A DNA stretch of 64,000 bases from Spirochaetia bacterium (lineage in GTDB: Bacteria; Spirochaetota; Spirochaetia; SZUA-6; Bin103), in the NCBI GenBank assembly GCA_965208575.1, contig CBDBOV010000006.1, forward strand, positions 640,001 through 704,000, read 5' to 3'. Below the pieces are notes generated by a model. It did no database searches. It saw nothing but the letters and a program-made list of their open reading frames with translations, and was not told where the DNA came from. This document shows, in pieces, positions 19,860 to 29,980 of the stretch; position 1 is the first letter of the stretch; the number at the start of each line of letters is the position of its first letter. A program made the translations under genes and the position numbers.

Positions 19860-21260
19860 ATGCCCGCGTCACAGCAGCGAGCCGCAGTGCTCGGCGCCAC
19901 CCGCCTCTACTACCTTCCGGTAACGACCCGCGTACCGCTCAAGTTCGGCCCCGAGGTGCTTACCGAGGTGATGTGCGCTCGCGCGCGCGTCCAGTTGCGC
20001 GCGGCCGGCCGCGCGGGGACGGCGGACCGGACTTCCGCGGTGGGCTGGGGGGAGACGCCGCTCAACGTACAGTGGGTGTGGCCGGGCAGCCTCACCTACG
20101 CCGAGCGGCTGGCGGCGTTGTGCGACCTGACCGAGACGATCGCCCGCGCCTGGCCGGACGACGATCGGCCCGGCCACCCCATGGAGATCGGCCATCGATT
20201 CATCACCACGCGGCTCCCGGCACTGCTGGCCAAGGCCAACAGCACCCGCCCGGCGCACGCAGCCATCCCCTGGCTCGCCGCGCTGGTGTGCGCCTCCGCC
20301 TTCGACCTGGCGACCCACGACGCCTACGGCAAGCTGCACTGCTGCCCGACCTACGCGACCTACGGTCCCAATTACCTGACAAGCGATCTGTCCGCGTTCC
20401 TCGACGACGCGGCGTTCGCCGGCCGCTACCCGAACGACTACCTGGCCGCGCCGCCGCGCCGGCTGATCGCGTGGCACCTGGTGGGCGGCCTCGATCCGCT
20501 GTCTCCGGCCGACCTCACCGGCGACGAGCCCGACGACGGCTACCCGACGCTGCTGGAAGACTGGATCCGGATCGACGGCCTGCAGGCGTTGAAGGTGAAG
20601 CTGCGCGGCGACGACGAGGCGTGGGACTACGAACGCCTGGTTGCGGTCGGCGCGATCGCGGCGCGCCACCCGGTGCTGTGGCTGTCGGCCGACTTCAACT
20701 GCACCGTGGACGACCCCGAGTACGTGAACCGGATACTGGACCGCCTGCGCGACGAGGAGCCGCGCACCTACGCGTCGATCCTGTATGTGGAGCAGCCGTT
20801 TCCGTACGACCTGGAGCGCCACCGGATCGACGTGCGCTCGGTGGCGGCGCGCAAGCCGCTGTTCATGGACGAGAGCGCGCACGACTGGACCCTGGTGCGC
20901 CTGGGCCGTGAACTCGGCTGGAGCGGCGTGGCGTTGAAGACCTGCAAGACGCAGACCGGAGCGATCCTGAGCCTGTGCTGGGCGCGCGAGCGCGGCATGA
21001 CGCTGATGGTGCAGGATCTCACCAATCCGATGCTGGCGCAGGTAGCGCACGTGCAGTTGGCGGCCCACGCCGGCACCATCATGGGGGTGGAAACCAACGC
21101 CATGCAGTTCTATCCCGCCGCCTCCGCCGCCGAGGCGCAGGTGCACCCCGGCCTGTACCGGCGCCGCGGCGGGTGTGTGGATCTGTCCACGCTCACCGGC
21201 GCCGGGTTCGGCTACCGTGTCGACGAGATACGGCGCGCGCTGCCCGAGCCGGTGGTGTGA
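19860..21260 (+). CDS. Enolase-superfamily enzyme (mandelate racemase/MLE-like)
   Basis: KVK, ADFN, YVEQP, MDES, ALK motifs. Confidence 0.8.
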   Translation: MPASQQRAAVLGATRLYYLPVTTRVPLKFGPEVLTEVMCARARVQLRAAGRAGTADRTSAVGWGETPLNVQWVWPGSLTYAERLAALCDLTETIARAWPDDDRPGHPMEIGHRFITTRLPALLAKANSTRPAHAAIPWLAALVCASAFDLATHDAYGKLHCCPTYATYGPNYLTSDLSAFLDDAAFAGRYPNDYLAAPPRRLIAWHLVGGLDPLSPADLTGDEPDDGYPTLLEDWIRIDGLQALKVKLRGDDEAWDYERLVAVGAIAARHPVLWLSADFNCTVDDPEYVNRILDRLRDEEPRTYASILYVEQPFPYDLERHRIDVRSVAARKPLFMDESAHDWTLVRLGRELGWSGVALKTCKTQTGAILSLCWARERGMTLMVQDLTNPMLAQVAHVQLAAHAGTIMGVETNAMQFYPAASAAEAQVHPGLYRRRGGCVDLSTLTGAGFGYRVDEIRRALPEPVV

Positions 21261-21298
21261 AGCACCCGGTGGTGTGAAGCACCCGGCGGTGTGAAGCA
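21249..21298 (+). repeat. 17-bp tandem repeat x3 starting in the last codons of the enolase-family gene
   Basis: CCGGTGGTGTGAAGCAC units at 21249, 21266 and 21283. Confidence 0.9.
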
Positions 21299-21304
21299 AC
21301 TGCC

Positions 21305-21571
21305 CTGCTGACGGCGTGCGCGCCGGCTGCCGCGTGCAAGGCGGCGGCGAGGCGGGAACAGCGACTCCAATCGCTGAGCGGCGCGCCGGCTACCGTCTGC
21401 AAGGTCGCGGCGAGGCGGAACCGCGACTCAGTCGCTGAGCGGCGCGCCGGCTACCGGTCTGCAAGGTCGCGGCGAGGCGGAACCGCGGCTCAGTCGCTGA
21501 GCGGCACGCCGGCTACCGTCTGCAAGGCCGCGGCGAGGCGGAACCGCGGCTCAGTCGCTGAGCGGCACGCC
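21305..21571. repeat. About 61-bp tandem repeat (4 units plus a partial) containing the glpD 3' end
   Basis: TCAGTCGCTGAGCGGC..GCCGGCTACCGTCTGCAAGG..CGGCGAGGCGGAACCGCG units, decaying away from glpD. Confidence 0.9.
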
Positions 21572-23359
21572 GCCGGCCGCGACCGCCGCCCAGGCGGCGT
21601 GCAGCCTGGTGGCCGCGGCAGCCTCTTCGCGGCGCCGCTGCGCGGCGCTCCAGTTCAGTTCCCCCGCCAACAGCTCAGCCACCCTCGGCACGCTCGCCAG
21701 GGCGGCCGCGCTGTCCAGGAACGCCAGGCGGGTGCGCCGCGACAGCACGTCGTCCACCGTGCAGGCCGCTTCGTGGCGCGCCGCGTACACCGCTTCCGCC
21801 TCCAGGTAGGGGTAGCGCGTCGCCAGCCGGGCGCCGGCGCCCGCCGCGGCCAGCCGGGCGACCGCGGTGGCGCGGGCGCCGTAGGTGGTGTCGAGATGGC
21901 GGGCGATGTCCGGCGGCAACCGGTGGCGGCGCTGCAATCGGTCCGCATCGGGGCGATAGCCGGCGGCACCGGCCAGCAGCGTGGTGCGGGTCTGGGAAAC
22001 GGTGCGGGCAGCCAGCCCGCCGGCGGCCACGGCGCGGTTGACCGCGTGCACCGCCATGACGCGGTAGGTGGTCCACTTGCCGCCGGCCACCGATACCAGT
22101 CCGGCGCGGCTCTCGGTGAGGTGATGGTCGCGGGTCAGGGACGCGGTCCCGCGGCGGCGGCGGCGGCCACCGGCGACGCGGCGCGGCGGCGCGGCGATCA
22201 GGGGACGCAGGCCGGTCCACGCGGCCGCCACGTCCTGGGCGCTCACCGGTACGTTGAGGTAGTTGTTCAGGTGATCGAGCAGGTAGTGCACCTCGCGCGC
22301 GGTGGGCATCGGATCGTCGGACACCGGCGCCGACACCTCGGTGGTGCCGACCAGCAGCCGGCGCTGCCACGGCAGCACGAATATCACCCGGCCATCCTCC
22401 GTGCGCGGAATCAGGAACCCGGTGTCGGGCGCGGGGAAACGCGGGCCCAGCACCAGGTGGGTGCCGGCGCTGACGCGCAGCAGCGGTACGCTCGCGGCGT
22501 CGTCGAGCTCGCGCAGGCGGTCCACGTAGGGACCGGCGGCGTTCAAAACCACGCGCGCCCGCACCGGCCAGGAGGTGCCGGTAAGCTGGTCGCGCACCGC
22601 CGCCCCGGTGATGCGCCCGCCCGCGTCGGTGGTGAATGCCTCCACTGCCACGTAGTTGGCGACCGCGGCGCCCTGCTCGGCGGCGGTCAGGGCGATGGCG
22701 AGATTCATGCGCGCGTCGTCGAACTGGCCGTCATGGTAGACCACGCCGCCGCGCAGGCGGCGCGGCGGTCCGTGCCCGCGCACCTCCTCGCGCAGGTAGG
22801 GGAAACGCGTCAGGACATGCTCGCGCGGTACGAACTCGGAACGGTGCAGCGCGTACTTGCCGGCGAGGCGGTCGTACAGCCGCAGGCCGATTCGGTAGTA
22901 GGGGTGCTGGCCGAGCTGATACAGCGGCACGAAGATCGGCAGCTCGTGCACCAGGTGCGGGGCCAGCTCCAACAGCGCCTGCCGTTCGCGCAGCGCCTCC
23001 CGCACCAGGCGAAACTGGCTGCGGTCGATCCGCTTCACCGCCTGCTCCAGGTAGCGCACGCCGCCATGCACGAGCTTGGTGCTGCGGCTGCTGGTACCGC
23101 TGCCGAAGTCGGCGCGCTCCACCAGCGCCACCCGCAACCCGCGGGTGGCGGCGTCGAGCGCGCTGCCGCAGCCGGTGGCGCCGCCGCCGATCACCAGCAG
23201 GTCGAAGCGCTCCTCCTGCAGCCGGCGCAACTGCTCCGTGCGCTTCAGCGGTCCGTTCCGATGTGTGACGCGACTACCCGAGGCGACCGCACTAGCCGGA
23301 CTCGCCGGACCCGCCGGCGCTCGGTGCCGGCGGGCGCGAGCGCGCGCGATCCACCGCAT
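21551..23359 (-). CDS. glpD: FAD-dependent glycerol-3-phosphate dehydrogenase
   Basis: [39 protein letters not shown]; true start uncertain (possibly CTG 23248). Confidence 0.92.
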   Translation of the reverse strand: MRWIARARARRHRAPAGPASPASAVASGSRVTHRNGPLKRTEQLRRLQEERFDLLVIGGGATGCGSALDAATRGLRVALVERADFGSGTSSRSTKLVHGGVRYLEQAVKRIDRSQFRLVREALRERQALLELAPHLVHELPIFVPLYQLGQHPYYRIGLRLYDRLAGKYALHRSEFVPREHVLTRFPYLREEVRGHGPPRRLRGGVVYHDGQFDDARMNLAIALTAAEQGAAVANYVAVEAFTTDAGGRITGAAVRDQLTGTSWPVRARVVLNAAGPYVDRLRELDDAASVPLLRVSAGTHLVLGPRFPAPDTGFLIPRTEDGRVIFVLPWQRRLLVGTTEVSAPVSDDPMPTAREVHYLLDHLNNYLNVPVSAQDVAAAWTGLRPLIAAPPRRVAGGRRRRRGTASLTRDHHLTESRAGLVSVAGGKWTTYRVMAVHAVNRAVAAGGLAARTVSQTRTTLLAGAAGYRPDADRLQRRHRLPPDIARHLDTTYGARATAVARLAAAGAGARLATRYPYLEAEAVYAARHEAACTVDDVLSRRTRLAFLDSAAALASVPRVAELLAGELNWSAAQRRREEAAAATRLHAAWAAVAAGGVPLSD

Positions 23360-24812
23360 CGGCCCAACCGGAGAGCAGCGCCTCCCGCCGGCGCGCCGCC
23401 ATCCGCGGCTCGAAGCGCCGTTCGGCGCGCCACAGGTCGGCGGCGGCGGAGCGGTCCGGCCACAGGCCCACCGCCAGGCCGGCCAGCAGCGCGGCGCCCC
23501 AGGCGGTGGTCTCCAGGTTGGCCGGGCGCACCACCGGCAGATCGAGCAGGTCGGCCTGCAACTGCAGCAGCAGGTTGTTGGCCGCGGCGCCGCCGTCCAC
23601 GCGCAGCTCGCTCAGCGGGGCGCCGAGGTCGCGTTCCATGGCGCGCACCACGTCCACCACCTGGCAGGCGATCGCCTCCAGCGCCGCCCGCGCCAGGTGC
23701 GCCCGGCCGCTGCCGCGGGTCAGCCCGGTCACCGTGCCGCGCGCATCCTGGTCCCAGTAGGGGGCGCCCAGCCCGGCGAACGCCGGCACCAGGTAGACGC
23801 CGCCGGTATCGGGCACCGACGCGGCCAGCGCCTCCACCTCCGGCGCGCCGGCGATCAGCCCCAGGCCGTCGCGCAGCCACTGCACCACCGCGCCGCCCAT
23901 GAACACGCTGCCCTCCAGGGCATACTCGCGCCGCCCGGCCATCTGCGACGCCACCGTGGTCAGCAGCCGGTTGGCCGAGCGCGCCGCCTCGGCGCCGGTG
24001 TGGGCAAGCAGGAAGCACCCGGTGCCGTACGTGTTCTTGGCCAGCCCAGGCGCGAACAGCGCCTGCCCGACCGAGGCCGCCTGCTGGTCGCCCGCGATGC
24101 CGGCCAGCGGCACCGGTTCGTCGAGCAGCCCGGTCAGCTCGCCGTACACCGCCGACGAATCGCGTACCTCCGGCAGCAGCGCCGCCGGAACGTCGAGCAG
24201 GCCGAGCAGCTCCTCGTCCCAACGGCCGCGGTGGATGTCGTACAGCAGCGTGCGGCTGGCATTGGTGGCGTCGGTGAGGTGCAGGGCGCCGCCGCTGAGG
24301 CGGAACGCCAGCCAACTGTCGATGGTGCCGAACGCCAACTCGCCGGCCGCGGCGCGCGCGCGGGCGTCCGGCACCCGGTCCAGGATCCAGGCCAGCTTGG
24401 TGCCGGAGAAGTACGCGTCCAGCACCAGCCCGGTGCGCCGCTGGAACAGCTCGCCGTGACCGGCCGCCTCCAGTTCCGCCACCATCCCGCTGGTGCGCCG
24501 GTCCTGCCACACGATCGCCGGGTGGATCGGCGTGCCGGTGCTGCGCTCCCATACCACGGTGGTTTCGCGCTGGTTGGTAATGCCCACGGCGGCCACCTCG
24601 CCGGCGCGGCCGCCGGCGTCCGCCACCGCCTGCCGCGCCACCGCGACCTGGCTGGCCAGGATCTCCTCGGCGTCGTGCTCCACCCAACCCGCGTGCGGGA
24701 ACATCTGCCGAAACTCCTGCTGCGCGACTGCCACGACCGCGCCTGCCGCATCGAACAGCAGCGCCCGCGAACTGGTGGTGCCCTGGTCGAGGGCCAACAC
24801 GAACCTGCCCAT
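23292..24812 (-). CDS. glpK: Glycerol kinase
   Basis: [44 protein letters not shown]. Confidence 0.97.
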   Translation of the reverse strand: MGRFVLALDQGTTSSRALLFDAAGAVVAVAQQEFRQMFPHAGWVEHDAEEILASQVAVARQAVADAGGRAGEVAAVGITNQRETTVVWERSTGTPIHPAIVWQDRRTSGMVAELEAAGHGELFQRRTGLVLDAYFSGTKLAWILDRVPDARARAAAGELAFGTIDSWLAFRLSGGALHLTDATNASRTLLYDIHRGRWDEELLGLLDVPAALLPEVRDSSAVYGELTGLLDEPVPLAGIAGDQQAASVGQALFAPGLAKNTYGTGCFLLAHTGAEAARSANRLLTTVASQMAGRREYALEGSVFMGGAVVQWLRDGLGLIAGAPEVEALAASVPDTGGVYLVPAFAGLGAPYWDQDARGTVTGLTRGSGRAHLARAALEAIACQVVDVVRAMERDLGAPLSELRVDGGAAANNLLLQLQADLLDLPVVRPANLETTAWGAALLAGLAVGLWPDRSAAADLWRAERRFEPRMAARRREALLSGWADAVDRARSRPPAPSAGGSGESG

Positions 24813-25005
24813 GGCGCAGCCAACCTAAACCCGCGCGCCGGCTCCGGCAACCCCACCCCGCCGGCGGCGCGGCCAGACGCATCCCAGGGGCGTCACATTG
24901 ACGGCGGCCAGTGCGGCTGACGACTATATGGGGAACACCACACCGCGGCGCCGCGCACCGCACGGGCCGCACCAACCGCAACCAACGAGGAGAAATTCGT
25001 CAACC

Positions 25006-26034
25006 ATGAGCAAAGTACGCGTCGGATTCAACGGCATGGGCCGCATCGGCAAGAACGTGATGCGGGTCATCGTCTCCAAGCTGAACGACCGCTTCGAGAT
25101 CGTGGCCGGCAACGACCTGGTGCCGGCGGCCGACATCGCCGCCAGCCTGCCCAAGGACGCGGTGTACGGCCGCTTCCCCGCCGCCGTGGAGCAGACCGCC
25201 GCCGACAAGATCCGGGTCGGCGACCACGAGCTCACCATCTACGCCGAGATGGACGCGTCCAACGTGCCGTGGGGGGACCACGGCGTCGACATCGTGTTCG
25301 AGTGCACCGGCTTCTACCTGACCACCGAGAAGGCCGGCGCCCACCTCGCCGGCGGCGCGGGGCGCGTCATCGTCTCCGCACCCTGCAACGACGACACCGA
25401 CACCGTGGTAGTAGGCGTCAACCACGACATCCTCACCCCCGAGCACAAGATCGTCTCCAACGCGAGCTGCACCACCAACTGCCTCGCGCCGATGACCCGC
25501 GCCGTCGACCTGAGCTACCCGGTCAAGGGCGGCCTGATGAGCACCACGCACGCCGCCACCGCCACCCAGAAGGTGGCCGACACGTTTGGCGGCGGCAAGA
25601 ACCGCGCCACCCTCAACAACGTGATCCCGGCCAGCACCGGCGCCGCGGTGGCGGTCGGCAAGGTGCTTCCGCACCTGAACGGCAAGCTCAACGGCACCGC
25701 GCTGCGCGTGCCCACCGACACCGGCAGCGTGGTGGAAGCGGTCTACCAGATCGACGGCACCCCGTCCAAGGAGGAACTGGTCGCCGCGCTCACCGCCAAC
25801 GCCGACCAGATCAACGGCTCCACCCTGCTCGGCGAGGTGATCACCGTCAACGACTACTACGAGTGCTCCCGCGATTGCGTCGGCGAACCGTTCTCGTCGA
25901 TGGTATCGGACAGCCCGCTGGTGGTGCCGGTGGACGGCTTAGGCTCCCTGGTCAAGCTGACCAGCTTCTACGACAACGAAATGGGCTTCAGCCACCGCAT
26001 GGCCGAACTCGCCCTCATCTTCGCCGCCGCCTAG
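25006..26034 (+). CDS. gap: Type I glyceraldehyde-3-phosphate dehydrogenase
   Basis: GFNGMGRIG, ECTG, NASCTTNCLAP, STGAA, RVPT, YDNE; GAGGAG RBS upstream. Confidence 0.93.
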   Translation: MSKVRVGFNGMGRIGKNVMRVIVSKLNDRFEIVAGNDLVPAADIAASLPKDAVYGRFPAAVEQTAADKIRVGDHELTIYAEMDASNVPWGDHGVDIVFECTGFYLTTEKAGAHLAGGAGRVIVSAPCNDDTDTVVVGVNHDILTPEHKIVSNASCTTNCLAPMTRAVDLSYPVKGGLMSTTHAATATQKVADTFGGGKNRATLNNVIPASTGAAVAVGKVLPHLNGKLNGTALRVPTDTGSVVEAVYQIDGTPSKEELVAALTANADQINGSTLLGEVITVNDYYECSRDCVGEPFSSMVSDSPLVVPVDGLGSLVKLTSFYDNEMGFSHRMAELALIFAAA

Positions 26035-26058
26035 GACTGCGAGTCGTTCAGCGTCCCG

Positions 26059-26838
26059 TCACGATGTCGTACCGGCTTCAGTCAGGAATCTTTGGATTCT
26101 GTCTCGGTTAGCCGTTAGGCTGGAGAATTGTTTCTCGCAAACGTCGCTGAAGCGCGCCAAGACTCTTCTGCTTATCGATTCTTGGTCTTCGAAGATCGCC
26201 AATGAGCGGAATCGAACGCCCCATTTTTCGAATTGAAGGAGCGTGATGGTGGCGTCTCGTGTCCTTCCGTCATTGGCAAGTGCGTGGACGAACAGGGGCC
26301 GGTCCATGTTGTTTACTCGACAGTCGATAGTGTACATTCCCTGCGGATCGTGTTGGGGGTGGTTCCAGTCGAAACTGCGCCGTTCCTCGGCGACCGTGTA
26401 GCTCAAGAGCGAACGAAAATCATCCATGAAGGTCGACCGAGCTCTTTCTCGAGATAGGTAGGCGACGTCAGCTACCTTCATGAGTGCCTGGATAAAGGAA
26501 TACAGCGCGTCCCCATAGCGCTCATCTGGAATCTCAAGAACAAGTTCTCCATCCCGGTCGTCTACACCGAATGTCGACAAGGTGTTGGAGATGATGCTCT
26601 GGCGCGTACCGCTGGAGAGATCCCTTTCATTGATGTCGTACGTCAGATGCATGTATGTGTGAGCATCATCCGAGAATACCCATTGCGATCGTTCTCTCTT
26701 CAACACGATCGCCAGATGGTCGCCGTCCTCAAAGAGAAACGGCGTGAAGACACGATAACGATCTACACCCTCAGCTGCCAGACGAACTTTCTCTGAAACT
26801 TTCTCGTGAAACTGCCGTTCCAATGCTGTCTTGGTCAT
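26059..26838 (-). CDS. DUF1828-like domain protein
   Basis: VFTPFLFEDGDHL.I.L....W.FSDD..T pattern; C-terminal alpha/beta domain; low GC. Confidence 0.7.
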   Translation of the reverse strand: MTKTALERQFHEKVSEKVRLAAEGVDRYRVFTPFLFEDGDHLAIVLKRERSQWVFSDDAHTYMHLTYDINERDLSSGTRQSIISNTLSTFGVDDRDGELVLEIPDERYGDALYSFIQALMKVADVAYLSRERARSTFMDDFRSLLSYTVAEERRSFDWNHPQHDPQGMYTIDCRVNNMDRPLFVHALANDGRTRDATITLLQFEKWGVRFRSLAIFEDQESISRRVLARFSDVCEKQFSSLTANRDRIQRFLTEAGTTS

Positions 26839-27326
26839 CACTCCCCCGATCCAAAAACAAACTCGCTCTGCGGGTCCGCATCAACCGATAGTCTAGTGTC
26901 CTCAATGAAGCAACGCAACGCACTGCGATAGTCGGCATATCGATCAGTCGGCTCTGCGTAAGCGTCCTCACGAGTTCCCAAATTCTGATAACGTTCGGTA
27001 GCATAATGGATGTGAAAATCGTAGAATGTCTCTTCTTCGAGGTGATTTGTATGTTCGTGGCTCCTGCCGTTGTAACGGCGAAGCCGGAACAGTTGGTTTG
27101 AGAGCGGTATTCGCACAGCCAAAATGATCGAGAAGTCGAATTGGTTCACTGTGCTCTGCCTAAGGATTAGGCGGAACTCATTCCCTTCGTCACCGAACAG
27201 GTCCAAATCCTGTTCACGGTGTCCACGTTTGGCGCGGAGCCGAATCCGGTCGGTCCAATCTGCAGGAGCGGACTTCCGTTCGTGCACTAGGGCATGGATT
27301 TCATGGTCCAGGTAGGTTACCGGCAT
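26838..27326 (-). CDS. Hypothetical protein (DUF6978-like), coupled to the DUF1828 gene
   Basis: LRRYNG.SH.HTN..E..FHIH.ATERY; TGATG overlap with the downstream gene. Confidence 0.6.
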   Translation of the reverse strand: MPVTYLDHEIHALVHERKSAPADWTDRIRLRAKRGHREQDLDLFGDEGNEFRLILRQSTVNQFDFSIILAVRIPLSNQLFRLRRYNGRSHEHTNHLEEETFYDFHIHYATERYQNLGTREDAYAEPTDRYADYRSALRCFIEDTRLSVDADPQSEFVFGSGE

Positions 27327-28063
27327 GACTCTGTTGCTTGCTCACTTCCATCATACTGAATCACCGCGAGTGCATCATCCTTCGGCCGGGACAGCTTGCG
27401 TCCGCCGGCCCGCGGTCAACCGGTTGCCTGACGGCGGACGGCGAGGGGCTTGAGTTCGGTGTAGATTTCGGGGGGCGCGGCGAAGCGCAGCCCGGCGTCG
27501 CGGGCGCGGGCGATGAGGTCGGCGATCCACCCGCACTGCGCGGCGAACTCCCGCTTCGTCGCGGTGCCGTGATCGTGACTGCACAGGTTCCAGAACCAGC
27601 CGTTGCGCGCCGTCTCCTCGACCATGGCGAACAGATAGTCCTGGTAGGAGTCGCCGTGTGAGCGATCGTCGAACCGGTCCCAGTAGAAGCGGTCCTGGTA
27701 GCCCTGGATGCCGAGTTCCAGGATCTCGGGAAATCCCTGGTCGCTGAAGAAGAACGGCTGCTCGGAAAACGGCGTCGGCTGGCAGTCGCGGTAGTCGCGC
27801 GCGTTGGTGCGCACCCAGCGGATGCCGTTGTCGCGCAGGATCTGCAGAATGTCCGGGCGGTCCGCCAGCCCGCGGTAGTAGCCCCAGGGCCCGGTCAGCC
27901 CCCGACAGTCCACCCCGAGCAGCTCCCTGATGACGCGCTGCGCCCGCGCGACCTCGGCGCCGATCTGCTCCAGCGTGCCGCCGGCCTTGAAGAAATTGGG
28001 CGCCGCGCCGTGTACCGGCCGGCCGTCGCCGGGCGTCATGTAGACGCTCCTGAGAAACAACAA

Positions 28064-29452
28064 TCAGGCGGCCTCCGGGACAAGCTCATAACCGAGTGCG
28101 TGTGCCTGCCTTCGGAGCCGGCGTTCAAAGCGGCGCCGGTCCTGGCGCTCCTCGGCGGCGAGGATGCTGTCATCGTAGGCCACGCGATGCGTGATCAGAT
28201 GGTAGATGATCCGAGCCAGTTTATGCGCGACTGCAGTGGTCGCTTCGGGAGTACCCAGACGCGCCCGCATGCGGCGGAAGTGCTGGCCCAGGGCCGATGG
28301 GCTGCGGTACAACGACTGGGTCGCCCAGTGCAGCGCCTGGGCGGCCCGATTGGTGCCCCGACCGGTGTGCGAGCTGATGATCTTGCCGCCGGTGATCTGG
28401 TTGTGGGGGCACAGGTGCAGCCAGGAGGCGAATTGCGGTGCGGTCGGAAAGCGGGACAGTTCCGGGCCGAGTTCGGTGAACAGAACCAGCGCCGTACTTT
28501 CGCCGATGCCGGGAATCAGCGTCAGGTCAGTGCCGAACAGGTGCGTAAGGTGGCCGCGCAGGTCGAACCGCTTGGCCGGTGACTCGGTTGGCGCCTCGGG
28601 CTCCGCATCGATTCCCTCATCCGGTGGGTCGTCGCCCACCGCGCCGGGTGGCTCGCTGCTGGCTTCGAACGCGCGGATGCCGGCTTCGATTTCCTGATCG
28701 CACTCCGTGATGAGTTGTTGGTAGTGGGCATAGGTCGCTCGCGCGTGCCGCAACGCCAACAGGTGCTCGGCGCGCCAGTCGCCCTGCAGCGCCTTGATCA
28801 AGGTCTCGCGGCTGGCTTTGATCCGCCGGTCGGCCAGAGCGGCCAACCGCGCCGGATCCCGCTCACCCGCCAGGATAGCGTCCGTAATGGCCAGACCGGT
28901 CGTCCCCGTCAGGTCAGAGATGGCATGGTGCAGATGCACGTTCATCTGGCTGTACGCCTTCTGCATGTGCAACACGCTGCGCGACGCCATCTTGATCAAG
29001 GTGTCGCGATGGCGCAGCACCGAGCGCAGTGCACACACCTCGTCGGCAGGGCGGAATGAGCCGCGCAGCAATCCCACCGAGTGCAGGTAGCGCAACCACT
29101 CGCAGTCGGCCACGTCGGACTTCCGACCGGGTACCGAGTGCACGTGACGCGCATTCACCAGCACCACGTCGAAGCCGTGTGCCTCCAGGATCTGATACAC
29201 CGGAATCCAGTACACACCGGTGGACTCCATCGCCACCGTGGTGACCTCGCATTCCTTGAGCCAGTCGGCCAAGGCGTGCAGGTCCGCGGTGAACGTAGCA
29301 AAGTTCCGGATCGGGTCCGGGTCGCGCTCCGGGCGCACAGCCGCGTACACCTCGGTAGCGCCTATGTCCAAGCCGGCAGCGTCCGGGTGCATCACCTTTG
29401 GTTGCGCTGTGCGACTGCCCTTGCCCTTGCGTCTGTGTCTGCGTCGTGCCAT
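28064..29452 (-). CDS. IS110 DEDD recombinase/transposase
   Basis: GLDIG, MESTGVYW, GRKSDVADC, IPGIG, ITGGK, AVAHKLAR; GGAGG RBS. Confidence 0.95.
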   Translation of the reverse strand: MARRRHRRKGKGSRTAQPKVMHPDAAGLDIGATEVYAAVRPERDPDPIRNFATFTADLHALADWLKECEVTTVAMESTGVYWIPVYQILEAHGFDVVLVNARHVHSVPGRKSDVADCEWLRYLHSVGLLRGSFRPADEVCALRSVLRHRDTLIKMASRSVLHMQKAYSQMNVHLHHAISDLTGTTGLAITDAILAGERDPARLAALADRRIKASRETLIKALQGDWRAEHLLALRHARATYAHYQQLITECDQEIEAGIRAFEASSEPPGAVGDDPPDEGIDAEPEAPTESPAKRFDLRGHLTHLFGTDLTLIPGIGESTALVLFTELGPELSRFPTAPQFASWLHLCPHNQITGGKIISSHTGRGTNRAAQALHWATQSLYRSPSALGQHFRRMRARLGTPEATTAVAHKLARIIYHLITHRVAYDDSILAAEERQDRRRFERRLRRQAHALGYELVPEAA

Positions 29453-29459
29453 GAAACCT

Positions 29460-29665
29460 CCGCTACGACTGAGTGGTGCGGCCAAGGCGTGTGTAGCAGG
29501 TATTCTCCTGAACGGGATGATCGCCACCCGGCCGCGCCGGCTGACAACCTCACCAATGACTACGCCACCCGCCCCGGGGCCAAGCTCTTGAACGGGTTCG
29601 CAGAACGTAACGCCAGTGACGCGCCGGCCTACTTTCGCGCTCCACCCAGAACTCTGCCCACACTA
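29460..29665 (-). ncRNA. Putative IS110 bridge RNA
   Basis: Two CCCGTTCARGAG motifs match the target and donor junctions; TATAGT -10-like hexamer upstream; boundaries approximate. Confidence 0.65.
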
Positions 29666-29980
29666 TAGCTCACCCTTGTTTCTTTCATGACTGCGCCGGC
29701 CCAGGGGCCGGTGGGATAGCTCTTGAGCAGCACGTGGCTGTAGGTGTGCTGCGCGACCGTGACCAGGGGACTGTGCATGCAGGTACGGATCGCATCCGTG
29801 CACCGCTCGACCGTCTCGCCGGTGAGGTAGATGGTCCATGGTACGCCGAACCGTTCGTGCAGTTCGGCGGCGCCCTCCAGGAACCCCACCGAATCCTGCG
29901 ACGCCATCTCCACGTCGTACCCGAACAGCATCGTTCCGCTCATGGCCGGGCTGCCGTCGCTGCCGTCGTGCCGGCGCCGG

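Larger units (their letters stand above)
28050..29718 (-). mobile_element. IS110-family element without terminal inverted repeats
   Basis: Junctions CTCAAGAGC|TATCCC and TTCTCAGGAGC|GTCTAC share GAGC; about 265-bp 5' non-coding end; exact crossover within GAGC is ambiguous. Confidence 0.88.
27416..29943 (-). pseudogene. Polysaccharide deacetylase family gene split by IS110
   Basis: N-half FGYDVE..QHTYSHVLLKS rejoins in frame with VYMTPGDG..GLTGPWGY..SHD. Confidence 0.85.

Noticed and set aside
21305-21571. Possible CRISPR array (period about 61 bp)
   Set aside because: Whole units repeat with no unique spacers, and there are no cas genes in the window
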